Part shown: positions 17,819 through 27,379 of the stretch, one piece after another | Position numbering within the stretch: position 1 is the stretch's first letter | Layout: each line of letters begins with the position of its first letter | NCBI GenBank assembly: GCA_013152485.1 | Contig: JAADGG010000060.1 | Coordinates: forward strand, 4,542 to 68,541 | From: Nitrospirota bacterium | GTDB taxonomy: Bacteria > Nitrospirota > Thermodesulfovibrionia > Thermodesulfovibrionales > JdFR-85 | DNA length: 64,000 nt | Reading direction: 5' to 3' | Position numbers and translations under genes: made by a program | Notes under the pieces: generated by a model | Databases searched by the model: none | What the model saw: the letters and a program-made list of their open reading frames with translations, nothing else | Told to the model about the DNA's origin: nothing

Positions 17819-19978
17819 ATGGCTGACGACAGGGAAATACTTCCCCTTGACGCCCAACTGCTGAGTGAGGCCATCTTCGAACTGAACGTCTCACGCCGTA
17901 ACGTAAACATCTATCCTGCCGGTCATCCCTCGGTGGAGAGGTCGCTGAACAAGGCGTTCGACAGCCTCGAAAGACTGTTTGAACTGCGAGCCGAGATAAC
18001 CTTTGCTGTTGCAAAGGACACCATCATCATCGAGGACAGCGTCCTCGACAAGAAGAACACCGCTTACAGGGAATTCGCCCTGCACCTGAGCGGAATGAAC
18101 ATCGCCTATGTGACGTTCAGGGCGGGCCTCACGAAAGACGAACTCTACAAGTTTCTCAGCTTCCTCTCCGTCGATACAAAGGAGCTGTCACCTGAAGAAC
18201 TCCAGGAGGTACTGGAAGGCTACAGCCTGATCCACATCAGGGCCGGCTTCATAGACTATGACGCGTTCTCCTTCGGTGAAGGCATGACGGAGCGCGGAGA
18301 CGGCTCATCAGCCGGAAGCGGCGGGGCAGGCCTCTGGGAGCGTTACGTGCGCGGACTCCTCGACGGCACCCTGCAGACGGACGGCGCCGACGTCATACAG
18401 GAGATACCGCCCGAGGCTCTGGCGGAGATGCTCAACACGACCGATCCCCGGGAGATAAAGGAGGCCGGCTGTGAGCGAGTCATCAACACCTACATGAAAC
18501 AGTCTGCGAAGAAGACCTTCTCCAGCAGGGAGCTGACCCGGCTCATAGACTTCATCAGCAAGCTCCGGCCCGAACTGAAGAGGCAGTTTCTCTCCTCCGC
18601 GATAAAAAACGTCTCCACGGACATACGGTCCACCGAACGTGCCCTCAAAGAGATCTCCGTAGACAAGATCATAGAGCTCCTGAGCGCCATAGACGAGCAG
18701 CAAGTCACCATCCCGGCGGCGCTTAAAAACCTCCTGGACAAGTTTTCCAAGTTCTATCAGCTCGGCTCCGAAGACACCACCTTCGGCGACAGCATCATAG
18801 CGGACGACATATTCCTCTCACCCGACGTCGTAACCCTCCTGGGCCAGGGTGATTTCGAGTCCTACGTTACGGACGTCTACCAGAAGGAGATCGAAAGGGT
18901 TCTGAGATTCGACGTCTCCGATGTCGCATCAAATGAGCTGGCGGAACTCAGGAAGGCATGCAGTGACGAGCACGTGGAGAGGTATTTCAACCAGACCATG
19001 CTGGAGCTCATCTCCTCCGACATAATAGAGGAAGACGAATACGAATACATAATCAACATAATAAAGGACGAGGCCGTTCAGTTCATCGAAACCGGCCAGT
19101 ACGGCCAGGTCCTGAAGATCTTCAGGGTGCTCGAGGCGAACATATCGAAGGATAGGTTTCCCGATATAAGCTCAGAGGCGCTCAAGTATTACAAGTCCCC
19201 GGAGTTCATTGCACAGTTCATAGAATCCCTGCGGATAATCGGCAGGCAGGCGAGGGAAGACGCCCAGCAGTTATGCGATTACTACGGGGAGCGTATAATA
19301 TCCCCTCTGATGGAGGCGCTCGTCGTCGAGGAATCACAGACTATCAGACACTTTCTCATAAGCCTGATCACCCACTTCGGCGAGAAGGCGATCCCGGCCG
19401 CCATAAAGCATATAAGTGACAGCAGGTGGTTCGTGAAGAGGAACATGCTGCACATACTGAATGAGTGCGGCACTAAGGAAGTGCTGCCCCATGTGAGGCC
19501 CTACTGTCACCATGAAAATCACAAGGTGAGTTTCGAGGCGATCAAGTGCCTCCTGAAAGAAGGAGACGCCTACGGGATCAATGCACTCAGGGGATACCTG
19601 AGATCGGAAAACAGGGAGCTGGTAGAACAGGCCATAGCCCTGACAGGCATCTACAAGGTGAAAGAACTGGTGCCCGAGCTGATACAGATGCTGAAGAGAA
19701 AAGGCATCTCAGGAAAGGATATCCACGAAAAGATCCCCATTGTGAGGGCCCTCGGCCAGATAGGAGACCCCAGCGCGCTCGATGCCGTAAGAAAGGCACT
19801 GTCGATCAAGAGCATCCTGTTCAAGAGCGCCGTCGAGAGGCTGAGGGAGGCGATATACCGGTCACTGAAGTACTACCCTTTCGAGCATGTCCAGGACCTC
19901 GTCGAGAAGGGGCTGAAGTCCAAGAACGAACGCATAAGACACGAGTCGATGAAAATAAAAGAGTCGAGGAGAAACTGA
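17819..19978 (+). CDS. HEAT-repeat protein with N-terminal domain shared with the adjacent HD-GYP protein
   Basis: 719-aa ORF with C-terminal HEAT-like repeats (RALGQIGDPSALDAVRKAL, RHFLISLITHFGEKAIP). The N-terminal ~115 aa align by eye with the N-terminus of 19982-21103. Confidence 0.6.
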   Translation: MADDREILPLDAQLLSEAIFELNVSRRNVNIYPAGHPSVERSLNKAFDSLERLFELRAEITFAVAKDTIIIEDSVLDKKNTAYREFALHLSGMNIAYVTFRAGLTKDELYKFLSFLSVDTKELSPEELQEVLEGYSLIHIRAGFIDYDAFSFGEGMTERGDGSSAGSGGAGLWERYVRGLLDGTLQTDGADVIQEIPPEALAEMLNTTDPREIKEAGCERVINTYMKQSAKKTFSSRELTRLIDFISKLRPELKRQFLSSAIKNVSTDIRSTERALKEISVDKIIELLSAIDEQQVTIPAALKNLLDKFSKFYQLGSEDTTFGDSIIADDIFLSPDVVTLLGQGDFESYVTDVYQKEIERVLRFDVSDVASNELAELRKACSDEHVERYFNQTMLELISSDIIEEDEYEYIINIIKDEAVQFIETGQYGQVLKIFRVLEANISKDRFPDISSEALKYYKSPEFIAQFIESLRIIGRQAREDAQQLCDYYGERIISPLMEALVVEESQTIRHFLISLITHFGEKAIPAAIKHISDSRWFVKRNMLHILNECGTKEVLPHVRPYCHHENHKVSFEAIKCLLKEGDAYGINALRGYLRSENRELVEQAIALTGIYKVKELVPELIQMLKRKGISGKDIHEKIPIVRALGQIGDPSALDAVRKALSIKSILFKSAVERLREAIYRSLKYYPFEHVQDLVEKGLKSKNERIRHESMKIKESRRN

Positions 19979-19981
19979 AGG

Positions 19982-21103
19982 GTGATTGCAAAGACTTTCA
20001 TTTCGGCACTTATGTCCGCAATATCCAACTGCTCCCTTTATTCCAAGGAGCACATCTCCGTGGAGAACCTGACGAAGAAGTCCCTCTCCATCCTGAACGA
20101 ACTGCTGACCGAAAGGGACAGTCTCGAGATAATGGTGGTGGAGGATCACCTCGTGGTCAACAAGACCCCTGCCAGGAATACGGGGCACCACGGGATAAAC
20201 TTCATCAAGAGGCTGAAGAGAAAGGGAATATCGCGCATCGACTTCCTCAAGGGCATCACGTATACCGAGCTGAAGCAGTTCATAGCAGACCTGAGTGATC
20301 CGGACAAGGAACTGAAGACATACCCGCACATAAAGACCGGGATCATAGACGTCAGAATAGGCGGATACAGGATCGAAGGCGATGATGAGACCTTCACGTC
20401 GGAGCAGGTCGAACGGGTCAAGGAGCTCTATCACAGCATCTCGCCCTACAAGGGGCTGAGCGTTTCAGGGCTCGAGGAGATAGTGGTCAACTTCATCGTC
20501 ACATTCAAACGTGAGGCGAACATCCTCAAGCTGATCAGTCCTGTCAAGGCATACAGTGAATACACGTACACGCACGCCACCAACGTGGCGATCCTGTCGA
20601 TGTTCCAGGCCGAGTCACTCGGTGCAAGGGACGACCTGCTTCACGACATCGGGATAGCCGCACTCCTTCACGATGTCGGCAAGCTCTTCATATCAAAGGA
20701 CATCCTCGAGAAAAAGGGGAAGCTGGACAGGGAGGAATGGGAGGAGATCAAGCTGCATACACTCCACGGCGCCAGATACCTTGCAAAGATCGACGGTTTG
20801 ACACAACTCGCCCCCATCGCAGCACTCGAGCACCACCTGAGATACGACTGCACGGGCTATCCCACACTCAATGCAGGCGGCAAGGAGCAGCACTTCTGCA
20901 GCCAGATCATCGCGACCTCTGACTTCTTCGACGCCCTGAGAAGCCGGAGGCCTTACAAGCGTGACTGGCAGATAAAGGAAATAATAGCGCTGATGAAGGA
21001 GAGTGCAGGCACGGAGTTCAATCCATTCCTGGTGGACAACTTCTCGAGAACCCTGATGAAGGCACTGGAAAACGACGGCATGTCAGAGGGCCGTCCCTCC
21101 TGA
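19982..21103 (+). CDS. HD-GYP domain c-di-GMP phosphodiesterase-type protein
   Basis: 373-aa ORF with a GTG start 3 nt after the upstream stop. HD motif LLHDVGK and HHLRYDCTGYP (GYP) are present. Confidence 0.8.
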   Translation: MIAKTFISALMSAISNCSLYSKEHISVENLTKKSLSILNELLTERDSLEIMVVEDHLVVNKTPARNTGHHGINFIKRLKRKGISRIDFLKGITYTELKQFIADLSDPDKELKTYPHIKTGIIDVRIGGYRIEGDDETFTSEQVERVKELYHSISPYKGLSVSGLEEIVVNFIVTFKREANILKLISPVKAYSEYTYTHATNVAILSMFQAESLGARDDLLHDIGIAALLHDVGKLFISKDILEKKGKLDREEWEEIKLHTLHGARYLAKIDGLTQLAPIAALEHHLRYDCTGYPTLNAGGKEQHFCSQIIATSDFFDALRSRRPYKRDWQIKEIIALMKESAGTEFNPFLVDNFSRTLMKALENDGMSEGRPS

Positions 21104-22372
21104 TTTCTCGAGCAGCCTCTCTATCTCGTCGACCGTCTTCAGAACAGCCCCCGAGTTTCTGAAGTAGAGTTCCCTCGCCCTCCTGCCGATCTCCCCTGCA
21201 CGGGCGGCATCCGAGAGCAGCTCGAGCAACACCTCCCCTATACTGCCGGGCGCAGCTTCGACGGCGGCCCCGCCGCTCAAGAACTCGCGGGCAAGGGGAA
21301 AGTTCTCCATGTACGGACCGCAAACCACCGGCTTTGCCCAGGAAGCCGCCTCAAAAAGGTTGTGTCCGCCTTTCGGCACCAGGCTTCCACCGATTATACA
21401 TACGTCGGCACATCCGTAGACGGATGCGAGTTCACCTATTGTATCAAGGAGGACAACGTCCTTCCCGCAGCCGCCGCCTTCTGACCGCCTGGCAAAAGAA
21501 GCCCCTCCCTCCCTCAAAAGGTTCTCGACCTCCGGGAACCTCTCGGGATGCCGCGGGGCGACAACGAGAGTCGCCTCCTTGAAAACGCCCTTTATGGACT
21601 TGAATGCTTCAAGGATCATCTCCTCTTCGCCTTCATGGGTGCTGCCCGCCACAATCACCGGCCTGCCGAGGTCTTTACACCACCGGGGAAGGTCGGCGGG
21701 CGGGGTGATATCGAACTTGAGGTTTCCCGTAACCCGTACCCTCTTCTCGGGGGCCCCGAGGGCGATTATCCTTTCGGCATCCCTCTCTGTCTGCATACAG
21801 AAGGAATCCACCATCCCGAGCATGTCCCTCACGAAAAACCTTATCCTTGCGTAGCCTGAAAAGGACGCATCGGATATTCTTCCGTTGGCTATCAGGACCG
21901 GTATCCCCTCCGCACTGACGGTCCTGATCAGGTTCGGCCAGAGCTCGGTCTCCATTATGACGAGCATATCGGGCCTCAAACGGCTCAAGGTCTTTCCGAC
22001 CGCCGTCGGAATATCAAAAGGCACGTAGATACACGCCTCCCCGCTCGTCATGAAATCACGCACCACCTTCTGCCCTGTATCGGTAACCGTGGAGACGACT
22101 ACATCAGCCCTGGACCTCAGCCTCTCCATCAACGGCCTCGCAGCCATTGCCTCACCGACGGAGACGGCATGTATCCAGATCAGCGGCCTCTTCCCGGCAT
22201 CTCCACGGCCCGGCCCATGGGGAACAAGGCCGAATCTCTCCCTCAACCATCGCCCCCTCAAGCGTTTGGGCCTCTTCATAAGCTGGACCGGCATCAGGAG
22301 CGTCAGGCCCGATACGTAGCAGAGGGTGTATGTCATGCGCAAGAGATCAAAGGCTTGCATCACCCGGACCAC
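21083..22372 (-). CDS. waaA: 3-deoxy-D-manno-octulosonic acid (Kdo) transferase
   Basis: 429-aa ORF with WIHAVSVGEAMAARPL and C-terminal GGSLVPKGGHN, typical of WaaA/KdtA. The exact start is uncertain (13-nt overlap with lpxB if 22372). Confidence 0.85.
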   Translation of the reverse strand: MVRVMQAFDLLRMTYTLCYVSGLTLLMPVQLMKRPKRLRGRWLRERFGLVPHGPGRGDAGKRPLIWIHAVSVGEAMAARPLMERLRSRADVVVSTVTDTGQKVVRDFMTSGEACIYVPFDIPTAVGKTLSRLRPDMLVIMETELWPNLIRTVSAEGIPVLIANGRISDASFSGYARIRFFVRDMLGMVDSFCMQTERDAERIIALGAPEKRVRVTGNLKFDITPPADLPRWCKDLGRPVIVAGSTHEGEEEMILEAFKSIKGVFKEATLVVAPRHPERFPEVENLLREGGASFARRSEGGGCGKDVVLLDTIGELASVYGCADVCIIGGSLVPKGGHNLFEAASWAKPVVCGPYMENFPLAREFLSGGAAVEAAPGSIGEVLLELLSDAARAGEIGRRARELYFRNSGAVLKTVDEIERLLEKSGGTAL

Positions 22373-23502
22373 CCCGACATCCCGGCTACCATCTCTGCGA
22401 CCCTCGAAGAGGCATTCTTACCCTCATAGAGGGATCTTATCTCCCTGAAGGACTCCGTCATGTACCGCCTGACCTGTTCGTCCCTCTTTATACGTTCCAG
22501 CTCCCTGACGACGTTTTCCGTATTCGCCCTCTGCTGTATCAGCTCCCTTACGACCTCCCGGCCCGCGAGGAGGTTGACGAGGCTTATGTGCTTCACGTTG
22601 ACGAGCAGCCTTCCTATAATATAGGTCAGCGGGAAGAGCCTGTAGACGACCACCATCGGAACACCGCAGAGTGCGGCCTGAAGCGTTGAGGTCCCCGAAG
22701 CTATGAGGGCGGCGTCCGATGCGGAAAAGACCTCGACGGCCGTCCTGTTCACGACCCTCACTTCGAGGTCCTCGAGCATGCCGGACCATTGCCGGAAGTC
22801 AACGGCGGACAGATTCGGTGCCACGGGAAGGATGAACTGAAGGCCCGGATGATCACTCCTGAGGCGCTGAACAACATTGATGAACAGGGGCAGGAGCCGT
22901 TTGAGTTCACTTCGCCTGCTGCCGGGCAGGAGGGCGAGGACTTCCCTGTCGGGCTTCAGGCCCAGCCTCTCTCTTATGAAACCTCGGCTGCCCTTTGTAC
23001 CCTCTATCTCCTCCATGACGGGATGCCCCACGAACTCACAATCCGCACCTACCGCCCTGTACATCTCCTCCTCGAAGGGGAGAACGACGGCTATTCGGTC
23101 GGAGAGCTCCTTTATCGTGTTTATCCTCTTTCTGCGCCAGGCCCATACCTGTGGGCTGACATAGTAGAGCACCTTGATTCCGAGAGACTTGGCCTCCCGG
23201 GCAACCCTCAGGTTGAAGTCGGGAAAGTCTATGAGGACTACAACGGACGGCTTCTCCTGCCTGAGCCTCTCCGTTATCTTCGAAAGCGTCTTCCTGAGGA
23301 CCCTTACGGATGAGACAGCCTCGACAAGGCCGAAGGCACCGGTAATGCCTGCCACGAGTTCCACGCCCTCGGCCTTCATCCGCTCACCGCCGACACCGCA
23401 GATGCGGACGTCATCCCGTATGGACCTCAGGGCCCTCGCCAGCAGTGCACCATAGAGCTCCCCGGAAGATTCACCCGTGATTATATACACACTGCCGCTC
23501 AT
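22360..23502 (-). CDS. lpxB: Lipid-A-disaccharide synthase
   Basis: The track ORF is trimmed to the ATG at 23502 (MSGSVYIITGESSGELYGA..., the LpxB N-terminal motif). The upstream 54 codons are Arg/Ser-rich and look like read-through. Confidence 0.85.
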   Translation of the reverse strand: MSGSVYIITGESSGELYGALLARALRSIRDDVRICGVGGERMKAEGVELVAGITGAFGLVEAVSSVRVLRKTLSKITERLRQEKPSVVVLIDFPDFNLRVAREAKSLGIKVLYYVSPQVWAWRRKRINTIKELSDRIAVVLPFEEEMYRAVGADCEFVGHPVMEEIEGTKGSRGFIRERLGLKPDREVLALLPGSRRSELKRLLPLFINVVQRLRSDHPGLQFILPVAPNLSAVDFRQWSGMLEDLEVRVVNRTAVEVFSASDAALIASGTSTLQAALCGVPMVVVYRLFPLTYIIGRLLVNVKHISLVNLLAGREVVRELIQQRANTENVVRELERIKRDEQVRRYMTESFREIRSLYEGKNASSRVAEMVAGMSGWSG

Positions 23503-23527
23503 GACTGACGGGCCGGTTTTACCGGCT

Positions 23528-24622
23528 TCATGCAACCGCCTTCCTGACAGCTTCGCAGACCCGCTCCTGGGCGGACCTGTCGATCTCGGGATAGATCGGC
23601 AACGAGAGCACCTCCATCGACGCCCTCTCGGCAAAGGGGAAGTCCCCCCGTCTGTATCCCTCACCCTTCAGGGCTTCCTGAAGGTGCAGTGGTATGGGAT
23701 AGTACACAACCGACGAGATGCCCTGCTCGTAGAGGTAGGACTTGATCCTGTCCCTCAGGGGGCTCCTTATGGTGTACTGGTGGTAGACATGGTAAAAGCC
23801 GTCCTGCTCCTTCGGGCACTGAACTATGGAACCGAGGCGTTCGGTGTAGAAACGGGCCTTTTCCCGCCGGAGCGAGAGATACCCGTCGATCCTCTTGAAC
23901 TTGACCAGGAGCACGGCGGCCTGTATCTCGTCGAGCCTGCTGTTGAGGCCGATGGCATGGTGGATGTAGCCCTTCTCCGACCCGTGATTCCTGAGCACTC
24001 TCATCCTGCCGGCGATCTTCTCGTTATCCGTGGTGATGAGTCCTCCGTCGCCGTAAGCCCCGAGGTTCTTGCTCGGATAGAAGCTGAAGCATCCTGCATC
24101 GCCGAAGCTCCCGGTCTTTCTCCCCCTTATGTGGGCACCGAAGGACTGGGCACAGTCTTCCACGACGAACAGGTTATACTTCGAGGCGATCGCTGATATC
24201 CTCTCCATGTCCGCAGGCATGCCGAACATATGCACCGGCATGATCGCCTTTGTCCTCTCGGTTATCCTCTCCTCTATCTTCGCGGGGTCGATGTTCAAAG
24301 TCTCAGGGTCGATGTCTACGAATACGGGTCTGGCCCCCTGGTATATGATCGCCTCGACCGTGGCAAAGAACGTAAACGGAGTGGTTATCACCTCGTCACC
24401 CCGTCCTATGCCGAGTGCCTTCAGGCTGAGGTTCAGGGCGTCGGTTCCCGATGCCACACCCACGGCCTCCCTCACCCCGTGGTAAGCGGCGATCCCCTTT
24501 TCGAGCTCTTCCACCTTGGGGCCGAGAATATACCTGCTGCTCTCCAGCACATCCGTAATCTGCTCGAGTATCTCCTCCCGCAGGGCCTCGTACTGGACCT
24601 TCAGATCGACCATTGGAATCAT
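23528..24622 (-). CDS. DegT/DnrJ/EryC1-family PLP aminotransferase (GnnB-like candidate)
   Basis: 364-aa ORF with VASGTDALNLSL and SFYPSKNLGAYGDGG (PLP lysine). It has an ATGA overlap with the upstream oxidoreductase gene and sits in a lipid A context. Confidence 0.8.
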   Translation of the reverse strand: MIPMVDLKVQYEALREEILEQITDVLESSRYILGPKVEELEKGIAAYHGVREAVGVASGTDALNLSLKALGIGRGDEVITTPFTFFATVEAIIYQGARPVFVDIDPETLNIDPAKIEERITERTKAIMPVHMFGMPADMERISAIASKYNLFVVEDCAQSFGAHIRGRKTGSFGDAGCFSFYPSKNLGAYGDGGLITTDNEKIAGRMRVLRNHGSEKGYIHHAIGLNSRLDEIQAAVLLVKFKRIDGYLSLRREKARFYTERLGSIVQCPKEQDGFYHVYHQYTIRSPLRDRIKSYLYEQGISSVVYYPIPLHLQEALKGEGYRRGDFPFAERASMEVLSLPIYPEIDRSAQERVCEAVRKAVA

Positions 24623-25539
24623 ATCGTCTCCTCTATCTTTCTGTTTATCTCGTGTGCCACTTTAAGGGCTTCAAGTCCGTCACGGGCGGTCACCCGCGGT
24701 TGCCTCCTGCTCATTACACAAGCAGCAAAATCCCTCAGCTCCTCCTTCAGCGGCTCCCTGTAGTCCAACCTTGTTTCTTCCTTCTCCAGGGCGCCGGCTG
24801 CAGCCTTTCTGTACGTGCATATCTCGAGACTCTGATAGTCTATAACCGTATAGTCCGTCTCCTGAAAGATCTTCAACACCCTCCTCTTCTCACTGGAGAG
24901 CCTGCTTGCGGTGATCAGGGCCTTTGAGCCGTTGTCCATCTCCAGCCAAGCCTTCACGGCATCAAACCTGTCGGTGAGCACCTTCGCACCGACAGCCCTG
25001 ACCTCCTTCACGGAACCACGGCAGAGGGAGAGTATGATATCAATATCATGTATCATGAGGTCAAGGGTGATGTCCACGTCCGTTCCCCGGCCCTGAAAGG
25101 GGGAAACCCTCTCTGCCTCGAAGAACCTCGGGGATCTCATCTTGTCCTCAACATAGAGCACCGCAGGGTTGAACCTCTCGAGATGCCCCACCTGGATTAT
25201 CCTGTCCGTCCTGCCTGCCTCGTCTATGAGTGACTCGGCCTCCTCAGCCGTAAGCGTAAGCGGTTTCTCCACCAGGACGTCCTTTCCCGCCCGCAGGGCC
25301 TCCATCGCTATCTCGTGATGCATTGTTGTTGGAGTCACTATACTGACGGCATCCACTCGTGGCAATACGTCCCTGTAGTCCGTGAACGCCCGGCACCCAT
25401 ACTCCAGAGCCACCTCTCCAGCCCTCCCGGAGTCTATGTCAGCGACACCTACGAGCTCGGCCTCTTCGATCTCCGAAAAAACCCTCGCATGGTGCCTGCC
25501 GAGATATCCTGTACCTATCACCGCAACCCTGACACTCAT
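24619..25539 (-). CDS. Gfo/Idh/MocA-family NAD-dependent oxidoreductase (GnnA-like candidate)
   Basis: 306-aa ORF with a Rossmann N-terminus (VAVIGTGYLGRHH) and VLVEKP, coupled to the aminotransferase. Confidence 0.75.
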   Translation of the reverse strand: MSVRVAVIGTGYLGRHHARVFSEIEEAELVGVADIDSGRAGEVALEYGCRAFTDYRDVLPRVDAVSIVTPTTMHHEIAMEALRAGKDVLVEKPLTLTAEEAESLIDEAGRTDRIIQVGHLERFNPAVLYVEDKMRSPRFFEAERVSPFQGRGTDVDITLDLMIHDIDIILSLCRGSVKEVRAVGAKVLTDRFDAVKAWLEMDNGSKALITASRLSSEKRRVLKIFQETDYTVIDYQSLEICTYRKAAAGALEKEETRLDYREPLKEELRDFAACVMSRRQPRVTARDGLEALKVAHEINRKIEETI

Positions 25540-25623
25540 CAGATCATCCCTTCCGACTCTCCCCGTCTTTCCGTACTGTTCAAGAACCCGGCTGACCGAT
25601 CGCTGCCGGACGTGCAGCCTCTG

Positions 25624-26646
25624 CTATGATGCAAGCCTTTGAGTCGTCCTTATTATCTCTTCCAGTTTCCTCAGCGCCTTTCCCGAATCGATGGCCTCCT
25701 CTGCAAGAGAAGCGGCCTCCCTTACGTCATCGGTCATTCCCGAAACCATCAACGTGACAGAAGCGTTCATTATCACTATATCCCTTCTCGGGCCCGGTTC
25801 TCCCTGAAGGATCTCCATCGTCAGTTCGGCATTCCTTCGGGCATCCCCGCCCGAGATGGCTTCAACCGGCGCCCGGTCGAAGCCGAAATCCTCGGGTGCC
25901 ATGATGAAATTCTCCACGGTTCCGTTCCTGAAGCGGCTCACCTTGGAGCCGTCCGTAACCGTTATCTCGTCAAGCCCGTCCTCACCGTGAAAGACCATCA
26001 CATCCTCTGCGCCAAGGTTGCCCAAGACCCTCGCGAGGGGCTCTGTAAGCCTGTCCGTAAAGACACCCACCGCCTGCCTCTTTGCCCCCGCAGGATTCGT
26101 GATGGGGCCGAGTATGTTGAATATCGTCCTTATCCCCATCTCCCTTCTCGGCCCGACGGCATACTTCATGGCTGGATGGAACACCGGGGCGAAGAGGAAG
26201 CCGAATCCAGTCTCGAAGAGGCACTCCTGCACCTTTTCAGGAGAAAGGTCTATCTTGACCCCCAGAGCCTCGAGCACGTCTGCACTTCCGGACCTGCTCG
26301 AGACCGACCTGTTTCCGTGCTTGGCCACGGGCACACCGCAGGCACTGACAACAACGGCAGCAGTCGTCGATATGTTGAAGGTATGGGCCATGTCACCACC
26401 GGTGCCGCACGTGTCCACCACACCTTCAGGTGCATCTATCCTTGCAGCCTTTTCTCTCATGACCTTTGCGGCCCCTGTTATCTCCTCCACGGTCTCTCCC
26501 TTTATCCTCAATGCCGTGAGAAAGGCTCCTATCTGTGCATCCGTGGCCTTCCCTTCCATTATCTCCCGCATGCATTCAGCCATCTCTGACTCCGAGAGGT
26601 TGATGCCTTGAACGAGCAGATTTATGGCCTCCCTGATCATAATCAT
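25624..26646 (-). CDS. trpD: Anthranilate phosphoribosyltransferase
   Basis: 340-aa ORF with DTCGTGGD and VAKHGNRSVSS. Confidence 0.9.
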   Translation of the reverse strand: MIMIREAINLLVQGINLSESEMAECMREIMEGKATDAQIGAFLTALRIKGETVEEITGAAKVMREKAARIDAPEGVVDTCGTGGDMAHTFNISTTAAVVVSACGVPVAKHGNRSVSSRSGSADVLEALGVKIDLSPEKVQECLFETGFGFLFAPVFHPAMKYAVGPRREMGIRTIFNILGPITNPAGAKRQAVGVFTDRLTEPLARVLGNLGAEDVMVFHGEDGLDEITVTDGSKVSRFRNGTVENFIMAPEDFGFDRAPVEAISGGDARRNAELTMEILQGEPGPRRDIVIMNASVTLMVSGMTDDVREAASLAEEAIDSGKALRKLEEIIRTTQRLAS

Positions 26647-26694
26647 CCTCCTGTCAAGCGGTTCTTTCCGGACAAGTATTTCCGTGAAAAGTGC

Positions 26695-27270
26695 CTAACG
26701 CCTGCTTCCCAGTTTGAGGAAATTCCTCAGCAGGTCCTTGCCGACCGTCGTCAGTATCGACTCTGGATGAAACTGTACCCCCTCGATCACGTATTCCCTG
26801 TGCCTCACCCCCATTATCTCACCCGCCTTCGTCCAAGCGCTGACCTCCAGGACCTCGGGCAGCGTCTCCCTCTTGATCACAAGCGAGTGGTAACGGGTGG
26901 CCTCGAACGGATTCGGCAACCCCTCGAACACGGTCCTGCCGTCATGGTAAATGAGGGATGTCTTGCCGTGCATCAGCCGGGGCGCATTGATTATGTCCCC
27001 GCCGAATGCGGCACCAATGGATTGGTGGCCGAGACAGACACCGAGCAGGGGCTTCTTTCCTGCAAAGTGACGGATGACCTCTATGGAGACCCCTGCTTCC
27101 CTCGGCGTGCACGGACCGGGCGAGATGACAATCCTGTCCGGGTCGAGTTCCTCTATCTCCTCAACCGTTATCCGGTCGTTACGGTAGACCTTCACCTCCT
27201 CGCCGAGCTCACCGAAGTACTGTACGAGGTTATAGGTAAAGGAGTCATAGTTGTCTATCATCAGCAACAT
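26695..27270 (-). CDS. trpG: Anthranilate synthase component II (glutamine amidotransferase)
   Basis: [15 protein letters not shown]..., catalytic GVCLGHQS, and HPES near the C-terminus. I prefer the ATG at 27270 behind GGAGTG. The track start at 27303 is possible. Confidence 0.85.
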   Translation of the reverse strand: MLLMIDNYDSFTYNLVQYFGELGEEVKVYRNDRITVEEIEELDPDRIVISPGPCTPREAGVSIEVIRHFAGKKPLLGVCLGHQSIGAAFGGDIINAPRLMHGKTSLIYHDGRTVFEGLPNPFEATRYHSLVIKRETLPEVLEVSAWTKAGEIMGVRHREYVIEGVQFHPESILTTVGKDLLRNFLKLGSRR

Positions 27271-27379
27271 GTTTTCACTCCGGCCTTCGGACTTTACGAC
27301 CATGAAAGTTCATCACTTCAAAGACTGTTTCCGGCTGTCCCTCATTCCGGACAACCCGACACTCACCCGGCTCCATCAT

